Shown here piece by piece: positions 12,700 to 25,720 of a DNA stretch of 38,247 nucleotides (within the stretch, counting starts at the first letter, position 1; every line of letters starts with the position of its first letter). The notes beneath the pieces were generated by a model that was given only the letters and a program-made list of their open reading frames with translations, was not told the origin of the DNA and made no database searches. Where the stretch lies: contig JAXLNO010000091.1 in NCBI GenBank assembly GCA_038087875.1, forward strand, positions 1 to 38,247. Reading direction: 5' to 3'. Both the position numbers and the translations under genes were made by a program. This stretch comes from Malacoraja senta (Eukaryota).

Positions 12700-15400
12700 T
12701 CAAGGCGACCTTGACGAAATGTGGCTACCTTGCCGGATTTGTGGCGACCTTGCCGGATTTATGTCGACCTTGCCGTAAATTTGGGAAACTTGCCGGATTT
12801 GTGGCGACCTTGCTGGAATTATGGCGACCTTGCCGGTAATGTAGCGACCATGCCTGATTTGTGGCGACCTTGCCGGATTTATGGCGGCCTTGCCGGAAAT
12901 GTGGCGACCTTGCCGGGTTTGTGGTTACCTTGCCGGATCTATGGCGACCTTGCCGGAAATGTGGCGACCTTGCCGGATTTGACGCGACCTTGCCGAATAT
13001 ATGGCTTCCGTGATGGAAATGTGGCGACCTTGCCGGATTAGACGCCACGTTGCCGGGTTTATGGCGACCTTGCCGGAAATATGGCGACCTTGCCGGACAT
13101 GAGGCAACCTTGCCAGATTTATGGCGACCTTGTCGGAAATATGGCGACCTTGCCGGATTTATGGCGACCTTGCCGGATTTGTGACGAACTTGCCGGATTT
13201 ATGGCGACTTTGCCGGAATTATGGCGACTTTGCCGGATTGATGGCGAACTTGCCGGAAATATGGCAACCTCGCCGGAATTATGGCGACCTTGCCTGATTT
13301 ATGGCGACCTCGCCGGAAATATGGCGACCTCGCTGGATTTATGGCGACCTTGCCGGAAATATGGCAACCTCGCCGGATTTATGGCGACCTTGCCGGATTT
13401 GTGGAGAACATGCCGGATTAATGGCGACCTCGCCGGAAATATGGCGACCTTGCGGATTTGTGGCGACCTTGCCGGTTTTATTGCGACGTCGCCGGAAATG
13501 TGGCGACTTTTCAGGATTTGTGCGACGTTGCCGGATTTGTGGCGACCTCGCCGGAAATGTGGAGACCTTGCCGGATTTATGGCGACCTTGCCGGATTAAT
13601 GGCGACCTTGCCGGATATATGGCGACTTCACCGGATATATGGCGACCTTGCCAGAAATATGGCGACCTTGCCGGATTTGCGGCGACCTCGCCGGATTTAT
13701 GTCGACCTTGCCGGAAATAGGGCGACCTTGCCGGGTTTGTGGCGACCTTGCCGGATATATGGCGAACTTGCCGGAAATATGGCGACCTTGCCGGATTTGT
13801 GGCGACCTTGCCGGAAATATGGCGACCTCGCCGGATTTATGGGGATCTTGGCAGATTTGTGGCGACCTTGCCGGAAATATGGCGACCTCGCCGCATTTAT
13901 GGCGACCTTGCCGGATTTATGGCGACCTTGCCGGAAATATGGCGTCCTCGCCGGATTTGTGGCGACCTTGCCGGATTTATGGCGACCAGGCGGAATTTGG
14001 CGACCTCGCCGGATTTGTGGCGACCTTGCCGGATTTATGGCGACCTTGCCGGAAATATGGCTACTTCGCCGGATTTATGGCGACCTTGCGGATTTCTGGC
14101 TACCTCGCCGGATTTATGCCGACCTTGCCGGATTTGTGGCGCCCTTGTCGGATTTATGGCGACCTTGTCGGAAATATGGCGACCTTGCCGGATTTGTGGC
14201 GACCCTGCCGGATATATGCGACCTTGCGGGAAATATGGCGACGTTGCGGATTTCTGACGACCTTGTCGGATTTATGGCGACCTTGCCGGATTAATGACGA
14301 CCTTTCCGGATTTGTGGCGAACTTGCCGGAAATATGGCGACCTCGCCGCATTTATGGCGACCTTGCCGGATTTATGACTACCTTGCCAGAAATATGGCGA
14401 CCTTGCCGGATTTGTGGCGACCTTGCCGGATTTATGACGACCTTGCCGGAAATATGGCGACATTGCCGGATTTGTGACGACGATGCCGGATTTATGGTGA
14501 CCTTGCCGAAATGTTGCGACCTTGCCGGATTTGTGTCGACCTTGCCGGATGCAAGGCGACTTTGACGAAATGTAGCGACCATACCTGATTTGTGGCGACC
14601 TTGCTGGAATTGGCGACCTTGCCGGTAATGTAGCGACCATACCTGATTTGTGGCGACCTTGCCAGATTTATGGCGACCTTGCCGGAAATATGGCGACCTT
14701 GCCGGATTTGTGGCGACCTTGCAGGATTTATCGCGACCGTGCCGGAAATATGGCGACATTGCCGGATTTATGGCGCCCTTGCCGGAAATATGGCGACCGT
14801 GCCGGAAAAATGGCGACCTTGCCGGATTTATGGCGACCTTGCCGGATTTATGGCGACCTTGCCGAATTTATGGCGACCTTGCCGGATTTATGGCGACCTT
14901 GCCGGAAATATGGCGACCTCGCCGGGTTTATGTCGACCTTGCCGGATTTGTGGACACCTTGCCGGAAATATGGCGACCTTGCTGGATTTACGGCGACCTT
15001 GCCGGATATATGGCGACCTCGCCGGATTTATGGCGACCTTGCCGGATTTGTGGCGACCTTGCCGGATTTATGGCGACCTCGCCGGAAATATGGCGACCTT
15101 GCCGGTTTATGGCGACCTTGCCGGATTTATGGCGACCTCGCCGTAAATGTGGCGACCTTGCCGCATTTGAGGCCTTGCCGGATTTATGGCGATCGCTGGA
15201 AATATGGCGACCTTGCCGGATTTGAGGCCACCTTGCCGGATTTATGGCGACCTCGCCGTAAATATGGCGACTTTCCCTGATTTGTGGCCACCTTGCCGGA
15301 TTTATGACGACCAAGTCGGAAATATGGCGACCATGCCGGATTTGTGGAGACCTTGCCGGATTTATGGCGACATTGCTGGAAATATGGCAACCTTGCCGGA
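12700..15400 (+). repeat. Diverged transition zone between subfamilies 1 and 2
   Basis: Higher density of multi-substituted and indel monomers (e.g. 12981-13110, 13501-13530, 14571-14650, 15161-15230). It mixes domain-1 markers (last CAAGG landmark at 14552) with the first domain-2 markers (~15270-15330). Confidence 0.7.
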
Positions 15401-15439
15401 TTTGTGGCGACCTTGCCGGATATATGGCGTCCTTGCCGG

Positions 15440-16280
15440 ATTTATGGCGACCTTGCCGAATTTGTGGCGACCTTGCCGGATTTATGGCGACCTTGCCTGA
15501 AATATGGCGACTTTGCCGGATTTATGGCGACCATGCGGATTTAAGGCGACTTTGCCGGATTTGTGGCGACCTTGCCGGATTTGTGGCGACCTTGCCGGAT
15601 TTATGGCGACCTTGCCGGATTTATGGCGAGCTTGTCGGATTTGTGTCCACCTTGCCGCATTTATGGCGACGTTGCCGGAAATGCGGCGACCTTCCCTGAA
15701 ATGTGGCGACCTTGACGGATTTGTGGCGTCCTTGCCGGATTTATGGCGACCTTGCCGGGGATGTGGCGAACTTGCCGTATTTGTGGCGACCTTGCCGGAT
15801 TTATGGCGACGTTGCCGCAAATGTGGCGACCTTGCCGGATTTGTGGCGACCTTGCCGGATTTATGGCGACCTTGCCGAATTTGTGGAGACCTTGCCGGAT
15901 TTATGGCGACCTTGCCTGAAATATAGCGACTTTGCCGGATTTATGGCGACCATGCGGATTTAAGGCGACTTTGCCGGATTTGTGGCGACCTTGCCGGATT
16001 TGTGGCGACCTTGCCGGATTTATGGCGACCTTGCCGGATTTATGGCGAGCTTGTCGGATTTGTGTCCACCTTGCCGCATTTATGACGACGTTGCCGGAAA
16101 TGCGGCGACCTTCCCTGAAATGTGGCGACCTTGACGGATTTGTGGCGACCTTGCGGGATTTATGGCGACCTTGCCGGGGATGTGGCGAACTTGCCGTATT
16201 TGTGGCGACCTTGCCGATTTATGGCGACGTTGCCGCAAATGTGGCGACCTTGCCGGATTTGTGGCGACCTTGCCGGATTT
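15440..16280 (+). repeat. 419-bp tandem duplication (21 monomers)
   Basis: The marker CCATGCGGATTTAAGGCGACTTT occurs at 15531 and 15950 with the same downstream variant order (GAGCTTGTC, GTGTCCAC, CTTCCCTGA, GGGGATG, GCCGCAAATG). ORF pair 15703/16122 agrees. Confidence 0.88.
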
Positions 16281-19200
16281 ATGGCGACCTTGCCGGAAAT
16301 ATGGCGACCTTGCCGGATTTGTGGCGACCTTGCGGGATTAATGCGACCTTGCCGTAAATATGGCGACCTTGCCGGATTGGTGGCGACCTTACCGGATTTA
16401 TGGCCACCGTGCCGGTAATATGGCGACCTTGCCGCATTTGTGGCGACATTGCCGGATTTATGGTGACCTTGCAGGAAATATGGCGACCTTGCCGGAAATA
16501 TGGCAACCTTGCCGGATTTGTGGCGACCTTGCCGGATTGATGGCGACCTTGCCTGAAATATGGCGACTTTGCCGGATTTATGGCGACCTTGCGGATTTAT
16601 GGAGACCTTGCCGGATTTGTGGCGACCTTGCCGGATTTGTGCCGACCTTGCCGGATTTATGGCGTCCTTGCCGGAAATGTGGCGACCTTGCCGGATTTGT
16701 GGCGACCTTGCCGGATTTATGGCGTCCTTGCCGGAAATGGGGCGACCTTGCCGGATTTATGGCGACCTTGTCGGATTTGTGTCCACCTTGCCCGATTTAT
16801 GGCGACGTTGCCGGAAATGCGGCGACCTTGCCTGAAATATGGCGACCTTGACGGATTTGTGGCGACCTTGCCGGATTTATGGCGACCTTGCCGGAAATAT
16901 GTCGACCTTGACGCATTTGTGGCGACCTTGCCGGATTTATGGCGAGCTTGCCGGAAATATGGCGACCTTGCCGCATTTGTGGCGACATCGCCGGATTTAT
17001 GGCGACCTTGCAGGAAATATGGCGACCTTGCCGGGAATGTGGCGACCTTTCCGGATTTGTGCCGAACTTGCCGGATTTATGGCGTCCTTGCCGGAAATGT
17101 GGCGACCTTGCCGGATTTATGGCGACCTTCCCTGATTTGTGGCCACCATGCAGGATTTATGGCGAACTTGCCGGAAATATGGCTACCTTGTCGGATTTGT
17201 GGCCACCTTGCCGGATTTATGACGACCATGTCGGAAATATGGCGACCATGCCGGATTTGTGGAGACCTTGCCGGATTTATGCCGACCTTGCCGGGAATAT
17301 GGCAACCTTGCCGGATTTGTGGCGACCTTGCCGGATATATGGCGTCCTTGCCGGATATATGGCGACCTTGCCGAATTTGTGGCGACCTTGCCGGATTTAT
17401 GGCGACCTTGCCTGAAATATGGCGACTTTGCCCGATTTATGGCGACCTTGCGGATTTATGGCGACCTTCCCGGGAATGTGGCGACCTTGCCGGATTTGTG
17501 CCGACCTTGCCGGATTTATGGCGTCCTTGCCGGGAATGTGGCGACCTTGCCGGATTTGTGGCGACCTTGCCGGATTTATGGCGTCCTTGCCGGAAATGTG
17601 GCGACCTTGCCGGATATATGGCGACCTTGTCGGATTTGTGTCCACCTTGCCGGATTTATGGCGACGTTGCCGGAAATGCGGCGACCTTGCCTGAAATATG
17701 GCGACCTTGACGGATTTGTGGCGACCTTGCCGGATTTATGGCGAGCTTGCCGGAAATATGGCGACCTTGCCGCATTTGTGGCGACATTGCCGGATTTATG
17801 GCGACCTTGCAGGAAATATGGCGACCTTGCCGGGAATGTGGCGACCTTGCCGGATTTGTGCCGACCTTGCCGGATTTATGGCGTCCTTGCCGGAAATGTG
17901 GCGACCTTGCCGGATTTATGGCGACCTTCCCTGATTTGTGGCCACCTTGCTGGATTTATGGCGAACTTGCTGGAAATATGGCTACCTTGTCGGATTTGTG
18001 GCCACCTTGCCGGATTTATGACGACCATGTCGGAAATATGGCGACCATGCCGGATTTGTGGATACCTTGCCGGATTTATGGCGACCTTGCCGGGAATATG
18101 GCAACCTTGCCGGATTTGTGGCGACCATGCCGGATATATGGCGACCTTGCCGAATTTGTGGCGACCTTGCCGGATTTATGGCGACCTTGCCTGAAATATG
18201 GCGACTTTGCCCGATTTATGGCGACCTTGCGGATTTATGGCGACCTTCCCGGGAATGTGGCGACCTTGCCGGATTTGTGCCGACCTTGCCGGATTTATGG
18301 CGTCCTTGCCGGGAATGTGGCGACCTTGCCGGATTTTTGGCGACCTTGCCGGATTTATGGCGTCCTTGCCGGAAATGTGGCGACCTTGCCGGATTTATGG
18401 CGACCTTGTCGGATTTGTGTCCACCTTGCCGGATTTATGGCGACGTTGCCGGAAATGCGGCGACCTTGCCTGAAATATGGCGACCTTGCCGGATTTGTGG
18501 CGACCTTGCCGGATTTATGGCGACCTTGCCGGAAATATGGCGACCTTGCCGGATTTGTGGCGACCTTGCGGGATTTATGGCGACCTTGCCTGAAATATGG
18601 CGACTTTGCCGGATTTATGGCGACCTTGCGGATTTATGGCGACTTTGCCGGATTTGTGGCGACCTTGCCGGATTTGTGGCGACCTTGCCGGATTTATGGC
18701 GACCTTGACGGATTTATGGCGAGCTTGCCGGAAATATGGCGACCTTGCCGCATTTGTGGCAACATTGCCGGATTTATGGCGACCTTGCAGGAAATATGGC
18801 GTCCTTGCCGGGAATGTGGCGACCTTGCTGGATTTATGGCGAACTTTCTGGAAATATGGCTACCTTGTCGGATTTGTGGCCACCTTGCCGGATTTATGAC
18901 GACCATGTCGGAAATATGGCGACCATGCCGGATTTGTGGATACCTTGCCGGATTTATCGCGACCTTGCCGGGAATATGGCAACCTTGCCGGATTTGTGGC
19001 GACCATGCCGGATATATGGCGACCTTGCCGAATTTGTGGCGACCTTGCCGGATTTATGGCGACCTTGCCTGAAATATGGTGACTTTGCCCGATTTATGGC
19101 GACCTTGCGGATTTATGGCGACCTTCCCGGGAATGTGGCGACCTTGCCGGATTTGTGCCGACCTTGCCGGATTTATGGCGTCCTTGCCGGGAATGTGGCG

Positions 19201-22200
19201 ACCTTGCCGGATTTTTGGCGACCTTGCCGGATTTATGGCGTCCTTGCCGGAAATGTGGCGACCTTGCCGGATTTATGGCGACCTTGTCGGATTTGTGTCC
19301 ACCTTGCCGGATTTATGGCGACGTTGCCGGGAATGCGGCGACCTTGCCTGAAATATGGCGACCTTGCCGGATTTGTGGCGACCTTGCCGGATTTATGGCG
19401 ACCTTGCTGGAAATATGGCGACCTTGCCGGATTTGTGGCGACCTTGCGGGATTTATGGCGACCTTGCCTGAAATATGGCGACTTTGCCGGATTTATGGCG
19501 ACCTTGCGGATTTATGGCGACTTTGCCGGATTTGTGGCGACCTTGCCGGATTTGTGGCGACCTTGCCGGATTTATGGCGACCTTGCCGGATTTATGGCGA
19601 GCTTGCCGGAAATATGGCGACCTTGCCGCATTTGTGGCAACATTGCCGGATTTATGGCGACCTTGCAGGAAATATGGCGTCCTTGCCGGGAATGTGGCGA
19701 CCATGCCGGATTTGTGGATACCTTGCCTGATTTATGGCGACCTTGCCGGAAATATGGCAACCTTGCCGGATTTGTGGCGACCATGCCGGATATATGGCGT
19801 CCTTGCCGGATATATGGCGACCTTGCCGAATTTATGGCGACGTTGCCGGATTTATGGCGACCTTGCCTGAAATATGGCGACTTTGCCGGATTTATGGCGA
19901 CCTAACGGATTTATGGCGACTTTGCCGGATTTGTGGCGACCTTGCCGGATTTGTGGCGACCTTGCTGGATTTATGGCGACCTTGCCGGATTTATGGCGAC
20001 GTTGCCGGAAATGCGGCGACCTTGCTTGAAATGGGGCGACCTTGACGGATTTATGGCGTCCTTGCCGGAAATGTGGCGACCTTGCCGGATTTCTGGCGAC
20101 CTTCACTGATTTGTGGCCACCCTGCCGGATTTATGGCGAACTTGCCGGAAATATGGCTACCTTGTCGGATTTGTGGCTACCTTGCCGGATTTATGACGAC
20201 CATGTCGGAAATATGGCGACCTTGCAGGATTTGTGGAGACCTTGACGGATTTATGGCGACCTTGCCGGAAATATGGCAACCTTGCCGGATTTGTGGCGAG
20301 ATTGCCGGATATATGGTGTCCTTGCCGGATATAAGGCGACCTTTCCGAATTTGTGGCGACCTTGCCGGATTGATGGCGACCTTGCCTGAAATATGGCGAC
20401 TTTGCCGGATTTATGGCGACCTTGCGGATTTATGGCGTCCTTGCCGGATATATGGCGACCTTGCCGAATTTGTGGCGAGCTTGCCGGATTTATGGCGACC
20501 TTGCCTGAAATATGGCGACTTTGCCGGATTTATGGCGACCTTGCTGATTTATGGCGACTTTGCCGGATTTGTGGCGACCTTGCCGGATTTGTGGCGACCT
20601 TGCCGGATTTATGGCGACCTTGCCGGATTTATGGCGAGCTTGCCGGAAATATGGCGACCTTGCCGCATTTGTGGCGACATTGCCGGATTTATGGCGACCT
20701 TGCAGGAAATATGGCGACCTTGCCGGGAATGTGGCGACCTTGCCGGATTTGTGCCGACCTTGCCGGATTTATGGCGTCCTTGCCGGAAATGTGGCGACCT
20801 TGCCGGATTTATGGCGACCTTCCCTGATTTGTGGCCACCTTGCCGGATTTATGGCGCACTTGCTGGAAATATGGCGACTTTGCCGGATTTATGGCGACCA
20901 TGCGGATTTAAGGCGACTTTGCCGGATTTGTGGCGACCTTGCCGGATTTGTGGCGACCTTGCCGGATTTATGGCGACCTTGCCGGATTTATGGCGAGCTT
21001 GTCGGATTTGTGTCCACCTTGCCGCATTTATGGCGACGTTGCCGGAAATGCGGCGACCTTCCCTGAAATGTGGCGACCTTGACGGATTTGTGGCGACCTT
21101 GCCGGATTTATGGCGACCTTGCCGGGGATGTGGCCAACTTGCCGTATTTGTGGCGACCTTGCCGGATTTATGGCGACGTTGCCGCAAATGTGGCGACCTT
21201 GCCGGATTTGTGGCGACCTTGCCGGATTTATGGCGACCTTGCCGGAAATATGGCGACCTTGCCGGATTTGTGGCGACCTTGCGGGATTTAATGCGACCTT
21301 GCCGTAAATATGGCGACCTTGCCGGATTGGTGGCGACCTTGCCGGATTTATGGCCACCGTGCCGGTAATATGGCGACCTTGCCGCATTTGTGGCGACATT
21401 GCCGGATTTATGGTGACCTTGCAGGAAATATGGCGACCTTGCCGGAAATATGGCAACCTTGCCGGATTTGTGGCGACCTTGCCGGATATATGGTGTCCTT
21501 GCCGGATATATGGCGACCTTTCCGAATTTGTGGCGACCTTGCCGGATTGATGGCGACCTTGCCTGAAATATGGCGACTTTGCCGGATTTATGGCGACCTT
21601 GCGGATTTATGGCGACCTTGCCGGATTTGTGGCGACCTTGCCGGATTTGTGCCGACCTTGCCGGATTTATGGCGTCCTTGCCGGAAATGTGGCGACCTTG
21701 CCGGATTTGTGGCGACCTTGCCGGATTTATGGCGTCCTTGCCGGAAATGGGGCGACCTTGCCGGATTTATGGCGACCTTGTCGGATTTGTGTCCACCTTG
21801 CCCGATTTATGGCGACGTTGCCGGAAATGCGGCGACCTTGCCTGAAATATGGCGACCTTGACGGATTTGTGGCGACCTTGCCGGATTTATGGCGACCTTG
21901 CCGGAAATATGTCGACCTTGAAGCATTTGTGGCGACCTTGCCGGATTTATGGCGAGCTTGCCGGAAATATGGCGACCTTGCCGCATTTGTGGCGACATTG
22001 CCGGATTTATGGCGACCTTGCAGGAAATATGGCGACCTTGCCGGAATGTGGCGACCTTTCCGGATTTGTGCCGAACTTGCCGGATTTATGGCGTCCTTGC
22101 CGGAAATGTGGCGACCTTGCCGGATTTATGGCGGACCTTCCTGATTTGTGGTCACCATGCCGGATTTATGGCGAACTTGCCGGAAATATGGCTACCTTGT

Positions 22201-25200
22201 CGGATTTGTGGCCACCTTGCCGGATTTATGACGACCATGTCGGAAATATGGCGACCATGCCGGATTTGTGGAGACCTTGCCGGATTTATGCCGACCTTGC
22301 CGGGAATATGGCAACCTTGCCGGATTTGTGGCGACCTTGCCGGATATATGGCGTCCTTGCCGGATATATGGCGACCTTGCCGAATTTTGTGGCGACCTTG
22401 CCGGATTTATGGCGACCTTGCCTGAAATATGGCGACTTTGCCCGATTTATGGCGACCTTGCGGATTTATGGCGACCTTCCCTGGAATGTGGCGACCTTGC
22501 CGGATTTGTGCCGACCTTGCCGGATTTATGGCGTCCTTGCCGGGAATGTGGCGGACCTTGCCGGATTTGTGGCGACCTTGCCGGATTTATGGCGTCCTTG
22601 CCGGAAATGTGGCGACCTTGCCGGATATATGGCGACCTTGTCGGATTGTGTCCACCTTGCCGGATTTATGGCGACGTTGCCGGAAATGCGGCGACCTTGC
22701 CTGAAATATGGCGACCTAGACGGATTTGTGGCGACCTTGCCGGATTTATGGCGAGCTTGCCGGAAATATGGCGACCTTGCCGCATTTGTGGCGACATTGC
22801 CGGATTTATGGCGACCTTGCAGGAAATATGGCGACCTTGCCGGGAATGTGGCGACCTTGCCGGATTTGTGCCGACCTTGCCGGATTTATGGCGTCCTTGC
22901 CGGAAATGTGGCGACCTTGCCGGATTTATGGCGACCTTCCCTGATTTGTGGCCACCTTGCTGGATTTATGGCGAACTTGCTGGAAATATGGCTACCTTGT
23001 CGGATTGTGGCCACCTTGCCGGATTTATGACGACCATGTCGGAATATGGCGACCATGCCGGATTTGTGGATACCTTGCCGGATTTATGGCGACCTTGCCG
23101 GAATATGGCAACCTTGCCGGATTTGTGGCGACCATGCCGGATATATGGCGACCTTGCCGAATTTTGTGGCGACCTTGCTGGGTTTATGGCGACCTTGCCT
23201 GAAATATGGCGACTTTGCCCGATTTATGGCGACCTTGCGGATTTATGGCGACCTTGCAGGAAATATGGCGTCCTTGCCGGGAATGTGGCGACCTTGCTGG
23301 ATTTATGGCGAACTTGCTGGAAATATGGCTACCTTGTCGGATTTGTGGCCACCTTGCCGGATTTATGACGACGATGTCGGAAATATGGCGACCATGCCGG
23401 ATTTGTGGATACCTTGCCGGATTTATCGCGACCTTGCCGGGAATATGGCAACCTTGCCGGATTTGTGGCGACCATGCCGGATATATGGCGACCTTGCCGA
23501 ATTTGTGGCGACCCTGCCGGATTTATGGCGACCTTGCCTGAAATATGGCGACTTTGCCCGATTTATGGCGACCTTGCGGATTTATGGCGACCTTCCCGGG
23601 AATGTGGCGACCTTGCCGGATTTGTGCCGACCTTGCCGGATTTATGGCGTCCTTGCCGGGAATGTGGCGACCTTGCCGGATTTTTGGCGACCTTGCCGGA
23701 TTTATGGCGTCCTTGCCGGAAATGTGGCGACCTTGCCGGATTTATGGCGACCTTGTCGGATTTGTGTCCACCTTGCCGGATTTATGGCGACGTTGCCGGG
23801 AATGCGGCGACCTTGCCTGAAATATGGCGACCTTGCCGGATTTGTGGCGACCTTGCCGGATTTATGGCGACCTTGCCGGAAATATGGCGACCTTGCCGGG
23901 ATTTGTGGCGACCTTGCGGGATTTATGGCGACCTTGCCTGAAATATGGCGACTTTGCCGGATTTATGGCGACCTTGCGGATTTATGGCGACTTTGCCGGA
24001 TTTGTGGCGACCTTGCCGGATTTGTGGCGACCTTGCCGGATTTATGGCGACCTTGCCGGATTTATGGCGAGCTTGCCGGAAATATGGCGACCTTGCCGCA
24101 TTTGTGGCAACATTGCCGGAAATATGGCGTCCTTGCCGGGAATGTGGCGACCTTGCCGGATTTGTGCCGACCTTGCCGGATTTATGGCGTCCTTGCCGGA
24201 AATGTGGCGACCTTGCCGGATTTATGGCGAACTTGCTGGAAATATGGCTACCTTGTCGGATTTGTGGCCACCTTGCCGGATTTATGACGACCATGTCGGA
24301 AATATGGCGACCATGCCTGATTTGTGGATACCTTGCCTGATTTATGGCGACCTTGCCGGAAATATGGCAACCTTGCCGGATTTGTGGCGACCATGCCGGA
24401 TATATGGCGTCCTTGCCGGATATATGGCGACCTTGCCGAATTTATGGCGACGTTGCCGGATTTATGGCGACGTTGCCGGAAATGCGGCGACCTTGCTTGA
24501 AATGGGGCGACCTTGACGGATTTATGGCGACCTTGTCGGATTTGTGTCCACCTTGCCGCATTTATGGCGACGTTGCAGGAAATGCGGCGACCTTCCCTGA
24601 AATGTGGCGGCCTTGACGGATTTGTGGCGACCTTGCCGGATTTATGGCGACCTTGCCGGGGATGTGGCGAACTTGCCGTATTTGTGGCTACCTTGCCGGA
24701 TTTATGGCCACGTTGCCGCAAATGTGGCGACCTTGCCGGATTTGTGGCGACCTTGCCGGATTTATGGCGACTTTGCCGGGAAATATGGCGATCTTGCCGG
24801 ATTTGTGGCGACATTGCCGGATTTATGGTGACCTTGCAGGAAATATGGCGACTTTGCCGGGAATGTGGCGACCTTGCCGGATTTGTGCCGACCTTGCCGG
24901 ATTTATGGCGTCCTTGCCGGAAATGTGGCGACCTTGCCGGATTTCTGGCGACCTTCACTGATTTGTGGCCACCCTGCCGGATTTATGGCGAACTTGCCGG
25001 AAATATGGCTACCTTGTCGGATTTGTGGCTACCTTGCCGGATTTATAACGACCATGTCGGAAATATGGCGACCTTGCCGGATTTGTGGAGACCTTGCCGA
25101 ATTTATGGCGACCTTGCCGGAAATATGGCAACCTTGCCGGATTTGTGGCGAGATTGCCGGATATATGGTGTCCTTGCCGGATATAAGGCGACCTTTCCGA

Positions 25201-25720
25201 ATTTGTGGCGACCTTGCCGGATTGATGGCGACCTTGCCTGAAATATGGCGACTTTGCCGGATTTATGGCGACCTTGCGGATTTATGGCGTCCTTGCCGGA
25301 TATATGGCGACCTTGCCGAATTTGTGGCGAGCTTGCCGGATTTATGGCGACCTTGCCTGAAATATGGCGACTTTGCCGGATTTATGGCGACCTTGCTGAT
25401 TTATGGCGACTTTGCCGGATTTGTGGCGACCTTGCCGGATTTGTGGCGACCTTGCCGGATTTATGGCGACCTTGCCGGATTTATGGCGAGCTTGCCGGAA
25501 ATATGGCGACCTTGCCGCATTTGTGGCGACATTGCCGGATTTATGGCGACCTTGCAGGAAATATGGCGACCTTGCCGGGAATGTGGCGACCTTGCCGGAT
25601 TTGTGCCGACCTTGCCGGATTTATGGCGCCCTTGCCGGAAATGTGGCGACCTTGCCGGATTTATGGCGACCTTCCCTGATTTGTGGCCACCTTGCCGGAT
25701 TTATGGCGCACTTGCTGGAA
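15920..25720 (+). repeat. ~4.9-5.0-kb tandem segmental duplication within domain 2
   Basis: ~15920-20870 is colinear with ~20870-25720. Offsets are 4948-4950 (16122/21070, 16360/21310), 5010 (16560/21570, 17419/22429), ~4470 after a deletion (19076/23545) and 4852 (20393/25245). Shared rare variants include GGATTGGTGG, GGCCACCGTGCCGGTAA, CTTCACTGA and GGCGAGATTG. Confidence 0.82.

Larger units (their letters stand above)
1..12700 (+). repeat. Satellite domain/subfamily 1 with ~2.4-kb higher-order units
   Basis: Enriched for the variants GACCTCGCC, GCCGGGTTT, GCCAGATTT, TTCTGACGAC and GGCTACTTCG. The landmark GAAATG(T/A)TGCGAC...GTGTCGAC...CAAGGCGACCTTGACGAAATGTGG recurs with CAAGG at 2318, 4690, 7202 and 12701. 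At ~9630-9650 the CAAGG monomers are missing. Confidence 0.85.

Noticed and set aside
12980..13110. Possible foreign insertion or transposon remnant in the most divergent stretch
   Set aside because: It stays in 20-bp register and aligns to the consensus with substitutions only. No TIR, TSD or unique sequence is present.
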